Positions 19,066 to 29,438 of a stretch of DNA of 64,000 nucleotides are shown here, one piece after another. Where the stretch lies: IMG/VR virus record IMGVR_UViG_3300035180_000343, positions 65,322 through 129,321 of that record; one strand, written 5' to 3'. The position numbers were made by a program, and so were the translations under genes. How positions within the stretch are numbered: the stretch's first letter is position 1; each line of letters opens with the position of its first letter. Origin of the DNA: a virus. Under the pieces are notes generated by a model. The model worked only from the letters and a program-made list of their open reading frames with translations, ran no database searches and was not told the DNA's origin.

Positions 19066-20344
19066 AGTCAGTCTTTCCAGCTTGAAATGTATATGGAAGA
19101 TCTTTCGCCCTTGGCCGTTTGTCTTTTAGTTGAGGCTCAGTCAACTTTGTCAACACTCTCCTTGCAAGTGCATCACACTCAAACTTTGCATCGTTGGTTG
19201 AAAGTTGAAGAGGAGGAGTTTTCTGAGTCCAAGCAGAAGGACCACGCAAAAATCCAACGACTCCAAGTTCCGAAGCCACTTTGCAGAATCGAATTGCCGA
19301 GATAACCACTCCACCGGAATTAGGAGAATCTTGAACCGACATTCGACATGCAAGCTCATAACGAGCTCCAGCAAATCCGTAAGCAACTATGTCGATATTA
19401 CAAATCTTATTATCAGACCCAACATATTGTCCACCTGGTTTCTGATGAACAGTTAATGATGGGCCAGCATAGAGTGTCATTCCGGCAATTGATTCATTTC
19501 GAACCGAGTTTTGTCCCTTCAATACGTTTTCTTTTGAAACGTGTTTACTATGGAGCCTATCTTTGCTCGACATATTTAAGAAATCGGTATTTGCCGTTCT
19601 ACCAGTTCTAATATGTTCCTGACCCTGTGTGCTTCCCGCGCTCATATTAAGTTGAATATGCTGAGAAACTATAAGACCAGAATCGAGCATTGCTCCTTGG
19701 AGAACTTCGGAAAGTCTCGATGCTCCCCATGCCGACCGCATATCTGACCCAACAATTGTTAGCCCAGCATCAATAAATTTCTGTTCATATTCCATAGTCT
19801 CTTCGGTTGAAATTAGTGTCGGAATACAATTTACTACATGGCATTTTGCTTGAATTGCGGCGTCAATATAAAACCGACTTGCTTCTTCTGAACCAACTGG
19901 AAGGTAGTTAATTACTACGTCGACCTTATGATATTTTAAAAGATCGACAATTCGTTGGAACGGCTCGGCTGGAATTGCTCCAGTCCTAAATGAAACATCT
20001 TCTGGGAAATCTAGCATATAGGGAGCAACTCCGTCGAGCTCAGGTCCAGAGTAGACAATTGCTCCCTTTTCGACACACGCAGTCGGTCCAGTGTCAACAA
20101 TCTGCCGAACGTGGTCCATCGCACAATTTGGTTTAGCGCGAAGTGCTTCGATTAGTGGACGGTTAACTTTTCGAATATCAACATCAAACCCACAAACGAA
20201 TTCAATATCGTGAGCAGTATAACCCCCAATATCATGATACATCAACCCGACTTTATCGGTCGGGTTTTCATTGTAATATTGGACTCCCTCAACTAAACTT
20301 TTTGCACAATTTCCAACACCAACAATCGCGACTCTGATTTTCAT
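19058..20344 (-). CDS. ino1: myo-inositol-1-phosphate synthase
   Basis: IVGVGNCA, NYLPVGSEEA, VNCIP, DSPNSGGV, KTPP. Confidence 0.92.
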   Translation of the reverse strand: MKIRVAIVGVGNCAKSLVEGVQYYNENPTDKVGLMYHDIGGYTAHDIEFVCGFDVDIRKVNRPLIEALRAKPNCAMDHVRQIVDTGPTACVEKGAIVYSGPELDGVAPYMLDFPEDVSFRTGAIPAEPFQRIVDLLKYHKVDVVINYLPVGSEEASRFYIDAAIQAKCHVVNCIPTLISTEETMEYEQKFIDAGLTIVGSDMRSAWGASRLSEVLQGAMLDSGLIVSQHIQLNMSAGSTQGQEHIRTGRTANTDFLNMSSKDRLHSKHVSKENVLKGQNSVRNESIAGMTLYAGPSLTVHQKPGGQYVGSDNKICNIDIVAYGFAGARYELACRMSVQDSPNSGGVVISAIRFCKVASELGVVGFLRGPSAWTQKTPPLQLSTNDAKFECDALARRVLTKLTEPQLKDKRPRAKDLPYTFQAGKTDYE

Positions 20345-20363
20345 ACAATTTCCTTCATTATAT

Positions 20364-21790
20364 CAGTTAGTGCCATAAAATCTTGGTCTTTAGGCCAAAA
20401 ATATAAGGCGTGGTTTTCAACTTGTTTTAATAGTGTATATTAGTGGAATGATTTTGTCAAGTGCTTTGACAAAATTATTTCGTCAAAGTTGAACAATTAT
20501 ATAAATACGTAATATGAAACAATTTATCTCGTACAAATATCGGATTTATCCAACAGAAGACCAACAAGTTCTTCTGAGTAAAACCTTTGGCTGTAAACGA
20601 GCGATTTTCAACCATTACCTTGAAATACAGGAAACTCGATTTAAAAACAAAGAACCTCGGTTAAGCAATTTCGACATCAATAAAGACATTACCAAACTGA
20701 AGAAAGAAAAGGAATGGCTATATGAAGTTGATAATGCTGCATTACAATCTTCTGCTGAAGACTTAACAAAAGCATACGACAATTTCTTCAAGTCGGTTAC
20801 TGGTAAGAGAAAAGGTCCGAAGATATCTCCACCGAAGTTCAAGAACAAGAATTCGCGCCAATCATATAGAACTCACTACGTTCACGTTAATGAAGACGGA
20901 ACACTGCATATTCCGAAACTAAAGTCAGTCAAAGCAGCCATCCACAGAGAAATTCCAGAAGGATCGAAAATTAAATCGGCGACCGTTTCAAGAAATCCTG
21001 ACGGAAGATATTATGCATCAATTTTAGTAGAAACAGAAGTAACATCAAGGCCGATGACCTATCGGGAAGTCGGTTGCGATTTAGGTCTCAAGGATTTGTT
21101 AATTACCTCAAGTGGTATAAAATTCAAGAGGCCAGATGAATTGCCGAACATTGCGAGAACCAAGCAATTATTGAAGTTGAAGCAAAAACAGTTCGCGAGA
21201 ACCGTTAAAGGTAGCAAAAATCACGAATCTTTAAGACTCCAAGTAGCACGGCTTTATTCGAAGAGCACAAGACAAAGAAACGAATATTATCATCTAGTTA
21301 GTAGATACTTGGTTGATAATTACGATTCTATCTACGTTGAAGACTTGTCGAGTAAAAATATGTTACAAAACAGGAAGTTGAGTCGAGCAATCCACGAAGT
21401 GGCGTGGTCAACCTTGTCTGGGATGATCCAGTACAAATCATCTTGGGCTGGTAAAACTTATCATCGGATTGATCGTTGGTATCCAAGTAGCAAGACTTGC
21501 TCTTCTTGTGGTCATAAACTTGAAACACTTGACCTCGGCACCAGAGAATGGACTTGTCCGAACTGTGGAACTCATCATGACCGTGATTTAAATGCTGCTA
21601 TGAACATTCTTCATGTCGGACAATCCGACTGTTATGGAGAAGCAATAAAGTCGCATGCAATAGGCGACTTGGGACTAGAAATCCCATCGGCCCTACAGAA
21701 AATGACCATTAAAATCGAGAGATCCAATGCTAATGTGTTGGTTGGTCATGGGAGTGGGCAAGCCGCGTCCTTTAGGAAGCGGTAGTTGAC
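20364..21790 (+). mobile_element. IS200/IS605-family tnpB-only element, copy 2
   Basis: TATAT|CAG left end; right end GGTAGTTGAC. Confidence 0.9.
20514..21785 (+). CDS. tnpB: TnpB RNA-guided nuclease
   Basis: RuvC D/E/D intact, zinc finger. Confidence 0.97.
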   Translation: MKQFISYKYRIYPTEDQQVLLSKTFGCKRAIFNHYLEIQETRFKNKEPRLSNFDINKDITKLKKEKEWLYEVDNAALQSSAEDLTKAYDNFFKSVTGKRKGPKISPPKFKNKNSRQSYRTHYVHVNEDGTLHIPKLKSVKAAIHREIPEGSKIKSATVSRNPDGRYYASILVETEVTSRPMTYREVGCDLGLKDLLITSSGIKFKRPDELPNIARTKQLLKLKQKQFARTVKGSKNHESLRLQVARLYSKSTRQRNEYYHLVSRYLVDNYDSIYVEDLSSKNMLQNRKLSRAIHEVAWSTLSGMIQYKSSWAGKTYHRIDRWYPSSKTCSSCGHKLETLDLGTREWTCPNCGTHHDRDLNAAMNILHVGQSDCYGEAIKSHAIGDLGLEIPSALQKMTIKIERSNANVLVGHGSGQAASFRKR

Positions 21791-21795
21791 CAAGC

Positions 21796-23067
21796 TCAAA
21801 AGAAACTACTGATGTCGACTTGCTTTTCTTTCACTGCAACTGATTTCATTGACGATTTAAAAATGTTCGACCATTCGTCAAAATCTGTTTTTGTATCTAC
21901 ATCTTGAAACGAACGATACATCGAAAACTTTTTCATGTCAACAACATCCTCAAGTCTTGGAGCAGACAAGAATGTTTTTATAGCTTCCAACAATGCCAAA
22001 CTCGATGTAACAGCAAATGCCGTCCATACTCTAACAATCTCATTCTTATCTTTTCCAGCAGCAATATGTTTTTCGTTGCTGCTGTTGATTACATTGTGTA
22101 GGTGCTTTGGGCTATGGACTCCATCCAACTGGTCTATCTCTTTGATTTTGTTGAATATTTTTTCATATGCTACTTGGTCATAATGCCGTCCAAATGAAAA
22201 TTGATTTTGGTCTGGACCGTCCGCAACATAAAAACAACCTTTTGTGATTCCACTTGTATGAGATGTCGAATCGAAACTTAAAATAACATCTGAATTTCTA
22301 CCATCTCTAAAGCATACCAAGTTTGGTACGAGCCGACGCATTGATCCAACACCCAAAAGGTGAATCTGTTTGTTTTTTAGATTATATTTTCGAAGTATTT
22401 GGAAACTAGCGAATGTTCGAACAAAGGATTCATATTCTCCATTTCCAAGTGAGGTTGAACCAAGAGAAATTCCACCTAAGTAGTCATGATAATCTGGGGG
22501 AAGTTCGTTCAGAATAATATCCGCCCATTGTAAAAAAGTGTCGACATCATTTCCCTGAACAATCATCAATGGTTTGCTAACTGTTCCGAATTCTCTAAAG
22601 GCGTCGATTTGCTCTTTCAGATTAGCTGCCGAATCCTTCGCACACTTTACGAAAATATCCTTATCGAAGAATCTGTCACCAGTGCTACCAATCTTTGAGG
22701 AAGCAGTTGGGGTATAAAGAGGAATCTCGTCAAACGACATCGCAATTGTTGAGTTCTTTGCTTGAGACTCATATATTTTTCGCTTGATGCCAGAGTCAAT
22801 CTTCGACCCACGAGTGATAATTTGAAGACCGCCAGAATCAGCATGAATATCACAAATTACATCTCGTAGATATTTGTTCAGTACATCTCCTCCCGATTTT
22901 TCCGTAAATGCGTTATATAACATTCCAAGAGAATATCCTTTTGCCTTTACCTTTTTGAATAAATTGCGAAGGAACTCGGTATTCTCTTCTGTATAAGACG
23001 AATTCATCAAGAGTTTTGGATATCCAACTCCAGACATAATGTAGTGGAACCGATCAACATCAACCAT
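21796..23067 (-). CDS. dpdA: TGT-fold DNA 7-deazaguanine transglycosylase (DpdA/DpdA2-like)
   Basis: HADSGGLQ, MSFDEIP, HLLGVG, SFDSTS; fused stop/start with folE. Confidence 0.8.
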   Translation of the reverse strand: MVDVDRFHYIMSGVGYPKLLMNSSYTEENTEFLRNLFKKVKAKGYSLGMLYNAFTEKSGGDVLNKYLRDVICDIHADSGGLQIITRGSKIDSGIKRKIYESQAKNSTIAMSFDEIPLYTPTASSKIGSTGDRFFDKDIFVKCAKDSAANLKEQIDAFREFGTVSKPLMIVQGNDVDTFLQWADIILNELPPDYHDYLGGISLGSTSLGNGEYESFVRTFASFQILRKYNLKNKQIHLLGVGSMRRLVPNLVCFRDGRNSDVILSFDSTSHTSGITKGCFYVADGPDQNQFSFGRHYDQVAYEKIFNKIKEIDQLDGVHSPKHLHNVINSSNEKHIAAGKDKNEIVRVWTAFAVTSSLALLEAIKTFLSAPRLEDVVDMKKFSMYRSFQDVDTKTDFDEWSNIFKSSMKSVAVKEKQVDISSFF

Positions 23068-23744
23068 TATTTTTGCCTTGCTAAAGAAAGAAATTCTTGT
23101 CGAGCACTTGGATTATCTCTAAACGCACCCGACAAGAAACTTGTCGATGTTGTTGCTCCAGTTGACTCAACACCTCTCCATGAAACGCAAAAATGTTCAC
23201 ATTCCATTACAACGGCGACATCGTCTGTCTCACAAATAAATTTTACTGTTTCACCAATCTGTTGGGTCTGAAGTTCTTGGAGTGTCGGGCGGCGAGAAAA
23301 ATATTCAACAATTCGTGGGAGTTTAGATAGTCCCAATGCAATATTCTTGGGCTTATAAGCAATTGTGCATGTTCCAACAATCGGAACAATATGATGAGAG
23401 CAGCTACTTTTCACTGGAATATTATGCTCGATAACAATCTCATCATAATGGTGGTCATTTGGAAACCCAGTACACTTGGGGAAATTTTCGGGTTTCAGAC
23501 CCCACATTGTTTCTTTAACTAACATCTTCGCAACTCGTTTTGGAGTGTCAACATGGGATGGGTTTGTCATATCCATACCAATAGTCGTCAACATTTCCAA
23601 AACATTCTGTTGAATTTTCTCAATTTTTTCATCGTCTGGAACATTTAACATTGCTTCATCTACCGCACTTTCGAGGTGCAAAGATTTTAAATGTTGAAGA
23701 ACCTTCAATCCAAGAACTGGATCACATTTCGTTGATTGTAGCAT
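23067..23744 (-). CDS. folE: GTP cyclohydrolase I
   Basis: DTPKRVAK, CSHH, GLSKLPR, LQE, HFCVSWRG. Confidence 0.95.
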   Translation of the reverse strand: MLQSTKCDPVLGLKVLQHLKSLHLESAVDEAMLNVPDDEKIEKIQQNVLEMLTTIGMDMTNPSHVDTPKRVAKMLVKETMWGLKPENFPKCTGFPNDHHYDEIVIEHNIPVKSSCSHHIVPIVGTCTIAYKPKNIALGLSKLPRIVEYFSRRPTLQELQTQQIGETVKFICETDDVAVVMECEHFCVSWRGVESTGATTSTSFLSGAFRDNPSARQEFLSLARQK

Positions 23745-23828
23745 TCGAGTTTCCTTTTTGTTTTCGAATTTAAATTGTAACTTAAACTTGAGGAATTGTC
23801 AAGTCCTCATACCTACTTATGCGAGGTT

Positions 23829-25664
23829 TTACACCTCAATTGATGAGAAATCTTTCTTCTTTTTCAATGTGCTAAATCCACTTGGGCCACTTTTTTCTTC
23901 TTTTTCGTCTGGACTTCCCTTCTCGAGTATTCTACCGTTAGCAGGTTGATCGACGTTGTAGAGAAGCATCTTTGCCCGATCAACTCCGACAACGAATCTC
24001 TTGTTCATCACTGGATCGGAAAACCGATTCTTCAACTGCTTAAACATAATCATGTTCTGTTCATCAAGTGCTTCGGTTCTAATGATAGCAAATATTGCAT
24101 CTGCAATCATTGCTGTTCCGAACGAATCTGAGATTTCGGTGATTTCCGAATCGGAATTATTGTTACCAGATCTGGAGAACTGTGTACTACTTATAATCGG
24201 AACATTAAATTCAATTGCCAACCCACGCAATTCTTCTGCAATCGATTTTACCATACTATAACTATTAACATTATTCCCTGCTTTATATCGAACAGACGAC
24301 ATAATATTAACATAATCAACCATTATAATATCTGGAACAAATTCTTGTTTCAATTGAAGGTCATTTAGAAGTGCTCGAAAATGTGCAACATTTGCGCCAG
24401 CAGTTGGATATTCTTTAACCACCATCTTTCCAGTTATTGTTGGCAGAACCTCGGACATTCGTTGAACATATTTTTCCTTTGACCACTTCTCAAGCTCGCC
24501 AAGATTCGTTTGCAAAAGATTTGCGTCAATACGTTCGAGGATGCGTTCTTCAGCCATCTCTAGTGTGATATAAAGAACATTTTTCCCAGACTTGATATAA
24601 GACGATGCGAGGCTACATTTTACCATGCTTTTGCCAGCATTGGTATTATGTGAGCTAACATTTTCTGTCCAGTATCTATGATTAGGATGGTCAATTACAA
24701 CGTCAACAATTGGAATTCGATTCCCCGTCTTTTGTATTACGTATTCCGTTCGATATCCAGATTTTGTTAGAATATTTAGATGGGGAATATTATTCGCGTC
24801 AAGATCAAGCAGTTCTTTTGCAGAAAACCACCCAGATACAGTTTCGAATAAATGATTCTCATTACACCTAATCAAGTGACCGTCTATTTGGAGGATATAT
24901 TCGTCCCATATCCCCTTATCAACATATTCCGCAATCGGAACCCATCCATCGGGCGAGTCAATTTCAACATCGGAATTATTCATCAACTGTTGAATTCTAC
25001 CAACCGTTGAGTTCAACTCGTGCCAATGTTGCGTAGACTTTTGTCGAGTTCTAATCTTAACTTTAGTATCTGGATGAACACAACCCGCTATTAGCAACGT
25101 CAATGTTTTCTTAGGCAATCCACCACCGGTAATGGTATTGAGCATGTCGATATCAAACGGAATTCGAACCGATTCCGCATGCAACTTCTCAAACCGTTCT
25201 TCAACGTCAGTTAATGACTGCCCAACCGATTTATTAAAAGATACTGATAATGCATCTTTTAGAATATCCGGAAGTTGATCTCGGCTTTGTTCTTCGTCGT
25301 TAATAATTTCAATACATTTTAGAACAGAATTATAAACACTTCGTTCTTTAATCCAGGCTTCGGCGTGTTCGACTAACCATGCCTGGCTTGGCTCCTTAAT
25401 TCTCGATGATGCAACCTCAGCAAGGACGCACTCCGCTTGTGTTACAGAATCTTCTGAAAGTTTATTGTTCGTTCGTAAAGAAACAATAATCTCATCTTTT
25501 GACGGCAGAACATTGTATTTAGAAACAAACTCGTCCACTGCTTTGAAAACAGTTTTTTTGCTTGTTTCTGTGAAATATTCCTCCTTCAAAAAAGGAAGAA
25601 CATGCTTAGCAAAGTCTGGGTTAAAGAAGAGACCATGTAAAACTTGCTCTTCGATTCCAGACAT
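23829..25664 (-). CDS. 41: replicative helicase gp41 with mini-intein
   Basis: TGGGLP, split P-loop AG|TNAGKS, TLEMAEE, VDY, SDSFG. Confidence 0.95.
   Translation of the reverse strand: MSGIEEQVLHGLFFNPDFAKHVLPFLKEEYFTETSKKTVFKAVDEFVSKYNVLPSKDEIIVSLRTNNKLSEDSVTQAECVLAEVASSRIKEPSQAWLVEHAEAWIKERSVYNSVLKCIEIINDEEQSRDQLPDILKDALSVSFNKSVGQSLTDVEERFEKLHAESVRIPFDIDMLNTITGGGLPKKTLTLLIAGCVHPDTKVKIRTRQKSTQHWHELNSTVGRIQQLMNNSDVEIDSPDGWVPIAEYVDKGIWDEYILQIDGHLIRCNENHLFETVSGWFSAKELLDLDANNIPHLNILTKSGYRTEYVIQKTGNRIPIVDVVIDHPNHRYWTENVSSHNTNAGKSMVKCSLASSYIKSGKNVLYITLEMAEERILERIDANLLQTNLGELEKWSKEKYVQRMSEVLPTITGKMVVKEYPTAGANVAHFRALLNDLQLKQEFVPDIIMVDYVNIMSSVRYKAGNNVNSYSMVKSIAEELRGLAIEFNVPIISSTQFSRSGNNNSDSEITEISDSFGTAMIADAIFAIIRTEALDEQNMIMFKQLKNRFSDPVMNKRFVVGVDRAKMLLYNVDQPANGRILEKGSPDEKEEKSGPSGFSTLKKKKDFSSIEV
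24645..25082 (-). other. 146-aa mini-intein in helicase P-loop
   Basis: CVHPDT...SSHN|T; no endonuclease domain. Confidence 0.92.
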
Positions 25665-26017
25665 TATTCTTCCTCATTGATGAATTTAGTGGATTCAAGC
25701 AGATGTTTGAGTACGATATCATAAATGATATCTTGAATTTTCAATTTAATATCGCCTTCCAATTCAACATCTTCTTCGTCCAAATTAAATGTATTGTATT
25801 CAAAACTCAAGACACCGTCTTTCAACTCAAATGTTTTAGAGTTAAGTTTGACCAAGACTTTCTCGTCCTCTAACGCAATTAAGATATCTTGATCCAACGA
25901 AGAAATTGCATACTTAACGTTTGCTAATTTATCATCAACTGCCTTTATAAGTTCGTCGATGGAGGTAATGTTTTCATAAGAGTTACTCATTCGTTGTCTC
26001 CTCTGGTTGGGCCTCAT
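25664..26017 (-). CDS. hypothetical protein at the T4 gp40 position
   Basis: between uvsX and gp41. Confidence 0.6.
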   Translation of the reverse strand: MRPNQRRQRMSNSYENITSIDELIKAVDDKLANVKYAISSLDQDILIALEDEKVLVKLNSKTFELKDGVLSFEYNTFNLDEEDVELEGDIKLKIQDIIYDIVLKHLLESTKFINEEE

Positions 26018-27047
26018 CTGTATCTACTTCTCCTGCACCATAACAAAACAATGGTTTCATTTTCTCATTGATGAGATCCAATATTTCCTTTGTAAAATAC
26101 TTCTCGGGGTCTCGATTTATTTGCGTTCCAAACACCTTTCTACCATCTGGGAGAACAAGCCGAGTCGAATCCTTCTTGAAGACTCCACATTTTTCCGCAA
26201 TATCAACTAAACCATAGTATCGTTGTAGGCCGGTGTCGTGCCGAATCAAGACGGAAACCTCTGCTCCAGTCTTAGTCAACCTAGATTTATAAAGATTCGC
26301 GCGAATATTCAATCCAACCAGTTGGCCATCTTCTTTCTCTTTGCGCTTGTTCAGGATAACAATTGTCGATGCCGCATACTTGACACCACTTCCACCACCT
26401 ATCTCGGCTGGACTATACATATCAAAAACGGCGTAGACATGGTTGGTCAAAATCATCGGGACTTTTGCTTGTGCCAGCTTCAGTGTTAAAATCCTGAATG
26501 CTCCCTTAATAAGCTGCGTCCGAGTCATGTCTTTTACATCTTTTCCCTCTGTAGTATCCTTTACCTCTTTATTAGTCGACAACATGCCAAGAGAATCTAG
26601 AACAAACAACATTCGTGGCCGAGATTCCTTCTTTGCTTCGATATATTTGTCAAGAATCCTAACTGCCTGAGTCCGAAAGTCTTCAACTGTTGCAACTGGA
26701 ATAATGAATATGCGCTTTGAATCAATCCCACGACTTTCAATATCTTCCTTTGTAATTGCACCTTCTGATTCAAAATAAAAGCAAGCAGAATCGGGATGTG
26801 CTTCCAAGAAGTTTTTTGTTCCAGTCAAGACCGCAAAAGATTTTCCCGAGGCTTCCTCACCAGCTAAAGCAGTCACTTTCCCAACTGGATATCCTTTGTA
26901 AATATCCCCAGAAATCAAAGCATTGAGCGCATATGAACCAGAGTCGATATATTCCGTTATATCCCCACTCATTACACCGTCACATACTGCTTGTGCCATG
27001 TTGTTCTTTGTTTCTTTTACCAAACTATTCCATAGTGCGTCACTCAT
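25983..27047 (-). CDS. uvsX: RecA-like recombinase UvsX
   Basis: DSGSYALN, AGEEASGKS, LDSLG, GGGSG. Confidence 0.95.
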   Translation of the reverse strand: MSDALWNSLVKETKNNMAQAVCDGVMSGDITEYIDSGSYALNALISGDIYKGYPVGKVTALAGEEASGKSFAVLTGTKNFLEAHPDSACFYFESEGAITKEDIESRGIDSKRIFIIPVATVEDFRTQAVRILDKYIEAKKESRPRMLFVLDSLGMLSTNKEVKDTTEGKDVKDMTRTQLIKGAFRILTLKLAQAKVPMILTNHVYAVFDMYSPAEIGGGSGVKYAASTIVILNKRKEKEDGQLVGLNIRANLYKSRLTKTGAEVSVLIRHDTGLQRYYGLVDIAEKCGVFKKDSTRLVLPDGRKVFGTQINRDPEKYFTKEILDLINEKMKPLFCYGAGEVDTDEAQPEETTNE

Positions 27048-27104
27048 AGTTACATCCTTCTTGTAAAATTTGAAGTATAACGGATTCTTTTCGAAAAGTC
27101 AAGA

Positions 27105-27138
27105 GACAAAAACAAGAATGAGGCCGAAGCCTCATTCT
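27105..27138 (-). terminator. intrinsic terminator with UUCG loop
   Basis: AGAATGAGGC-TTCG-GCCTCATTCT then U-run. Confidence 0.85.
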
Positions 27139-27156
27139 GTTTGGTTGGATTGTTGG

Positions 27157-27441
27157 TTAGCCGACAACGTAAGCATTAACTTTTCCGTCAGTATAACCTG
27201 TAACTGTTGCCATCATTTTCGGATATTTGTCCGTTAGAGATAACTTGGCAATTGGAGCCGCCGGAGTTGTCGAGCATGTTCCAAGAGGTAACCAATTCAC
27301 TCCAGTAACAGATCCGTAGAAGGTTACCGTGCTTGTTCCAACATTCTCGACGACAAACGTACCATCCATTTCTAATAGTGCTTCAATTACTGCCGAATCG
27401 TTCAACGTCGAAGAGTTTTCAAAAAACTTTCTAACTTTCAT
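27157..27441 (-). CDS. late hypothetical (putative virion) protein
   Basis: ATAAATA and aagga upstream. Confidence 0.65.
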   Translation of the reverse strand: MKVRKFFENSSTLNDSAVIEALLEMDGTFVVENVGTSTVTFYGSVTGVNWLPLGTCSTTPAAPIAKLSLTDKYPKMMATVTGYTDGKVNAYVVG

Positions 27442-27468
27442 GATTTATTCCTTCAAAACCATATTTAT

Positions 27469-28893
27469 CAGGTGGCGCCGTAAAACCTTGGCCTTCAGGC
27501 CAGGGATATAAGGCGTGCTTTTTAACTCGTTCCAATAGTATATGTTAGTGAAACCATTTTGTCAAGTGCTTCGACGAAATAATTTCATCAGAATTAAATA
27601 ATTGTATAAATACGTATATGAAACAATTACTCGCATTCAAATATCGGATTTACCCGACAAAGGATCAAGAAATCCTCTTGAGTAAAACCTTTGGCTGCAA
27701 GCGAGCAATCTTCAATCATTACCTAGAAGTGCAGCAAACCAGATACAAAAACAAAGAACCTCGGTTAAGCAATTTCGACATCAACAAAGACATCACCAAA
27801 CTAAAAGATGAGAAGGAATGGTTAAGGGAAGTCGATTCGGTTGCTCTACAATCTTCTGCTGAAGATCTAACAAAAGCATATGACAATTTCTTCAAATCCG
27901 TAACTGGTAAAAGAAAAGGTCCAAAGATTTCGCCACCGAAGTTCAAGAACAAGAATTCACGTCAGTCGTATCGAACTCGTAATGTTCGAATTAATGAAGA
28001 CGGTTCGTTACAAATACCGAAACTAAAGTCAGTCAAAGCAGCCATCCATAGAGAAATCCCAGAAGGATCGGTGATCAAGACAACGACCATTTCGAGGAAT
28101 CCAGATGGAAGATATTATGCATCAATTTTAGTAGAAACAGAAGTAGCACTGCAACCAATGACCCATAGGGAAGTCGGTTGCGACCTCGGGTTAAAGGATT
28201 TGCTTATCACCTCAAGAGGTATAAAATTTAAAAGACCAGATGAATTACCGAACATTGCGAGAACCAAGCAATTGTTAAAAGCAAAGCAAAAACAGTTCGC
28301 AAGAACTGAAAAGAGTAGCAAAAATCACGAATCTTTAAGACTTCAAGTGGCACGTTTATATTCAAAGGTCACCCGACAAAGAAATGAATATTATCATCTA
28401 GTTAGTAGATACTTGGTTGATAACTATGACTCCATCTATGTCGAAGACTTGTCGAGTAAGAACATGCTACAAAACAGGAAGTTGAGTCGAGCGATTCATG
28501 AGGTAGCTTGGTCAACCTTATCTGGGATGATCCAATATAAATCATCTTGGGCTGGTAAAACTTATCATCGGATTGATCGTTGGTACCCAAGCTCAAAGAC
28601 CTGTTCTAGTTGTGGTCATAAACTTGAAACACTTGACCTCGGCACCAGAGAATGGACTTGTCCAGATTGCGGAACTCATCATGATCGTGATTTGAATGCT
28701 GCTATGAACATTCTTCAGGTCGGTCAAGCCGACTGCTACGGAGAAGCAATAAAGTCGCATGCAATAGGCGACTTGGGAGAAATCCCATCGGCCCTACAGA
28801 AAATGATCATTAAAATCGAGAGATCCAATGTTGATACGTTGGTTGGTCATGGGAGTGGGCAAGCCGCGTCCTATAAAGGACGCGGTAGTTGAC
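27469..28893 (+). mobile_element. IS200/IS605-family tnpB-only element, copy 3
   Basis: TTTAT|CAGGTGG left end; right end GGTAGTTGAC. Confidence 0.9.
27618..28892 (+). CDS. tnpB: TnpB RNA-guided nuclease
   Basis: RuvC D/E/D intact, zinc finger. Confidence 0.97.
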   Translation: MKQLLAFKYRIYPTKDQEILLSKTFGCKRAIFNHYLEVQQTRYKNKEPRLSNFDINKDITKLKDEKEWLREVDSVALQSSAEDLTKAYDNFFKSVTGKRKGPKISPPKFKNKNSRQSYRTRNVRINEDGSLQIPKLKSVKAAIHREIPEGSVIKTTTISRNPDGRYYASILVETEVALQPMTHREVGCDLGLKDLLITSRGIKFKRPDELPNIARTKQLLKAKQKQFARTEKSSKNHESLRLQVARLYSKVTRQRNEYYHLVSRYLVDNYDSIYVEDLSSKNMLQNRKLSRAIHEVAWSTLSGMIQYKSSWAGKTYHRIDRWYPSSKTCSSCGHKLETLDLGTREWTCPDCGTHHDRDLNAAMNILQVGQADCYGEAIKSHAIGDLGEIPSALQKMIIKIERSNVDTLVGHGSGQAASYKGRGS

Positions 28894-28895
28894 GC

Positions 28896-29192
28896 TTAGC
28901 CTGTCGACTCAGCATCACCCAAAAGGGTTTCGGCCAAGATTTGAAACTCTTCGTCTTCCGAAATCAACTCATTCAGATTGTTCTTAAAATACGTTTTGGC
29001 AAGTTTCCGTAGATGTTTGGGAGCAATCTTATACTTTTCCGAAAGAGCCTTGATTTCTTCTGAAATAAACGATCTCTCTCCTGCAATACGAATCTGACAA
29101 TCGCCGATTTCTTTAATCGACTTCATAATTGTGTCGCGAACTTTAGGATCCGCTAGTACGTTGGTAATGCTTGATTGGTCAATTTCTTTCAT
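28896..29192 (-). CDS. dsbA: dsDNA-binding protein, T4 DsbA-like
   Basis: IKEIGDCQIRI...KIAPKHLRKLAKTYFK pattern. Confidence 0.65.
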   Translation of the reverse strand: MKEIDQSSITNVLADPKVRDTIMKSIKEIGDCQIRIAGERSFISEEIKALSEKYKIAPKHLRKLAKTYFKNNLNELISEDEEFQILAETLLGDAESTG

Positions 29193-29219
29193 CTTTCATT
29201 TTCCTAATTGAATCTTCGT

Positions 29220-29438
29220 TCAAATGTCGTCTAGCACTGCTTGAATTTCATCTGGATCAATTGCTTGGCCACAGACAAGCTGGTCTTTGACGTATCCCAA
29301 TGCTTCGTAAAGTTCATCAGCATCATTGGCAACCTTTTTCAATCTTTCACCATCTACGTAATTCGCGACGGCCACTTTAATGATTCCTCTTCCGTCACGA
29401 ACATCTATTTCAAATAGATACATTTCGTTTCTCCTCAT
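29220..29438 (-). CDS. early hypothetical protein, paralog of 48986..49189
   Basis: shared ANYVDGERL...YVKDQL..GQAIDP..IQAVLDDI. Confidence 0.7.
   Translation of the reverse strand: MRRNEMYLFEIDVRDGRGIIKVAVANYVDGERLKKVANDADELYEALGYVKDQLVCGQAIDPDEIQAVLDDI

Noticed and set aside
11990-28892. Nuclease-dead TldR-type repressors
   Set aside because: All three RuvC acidic residues are intact in every copy
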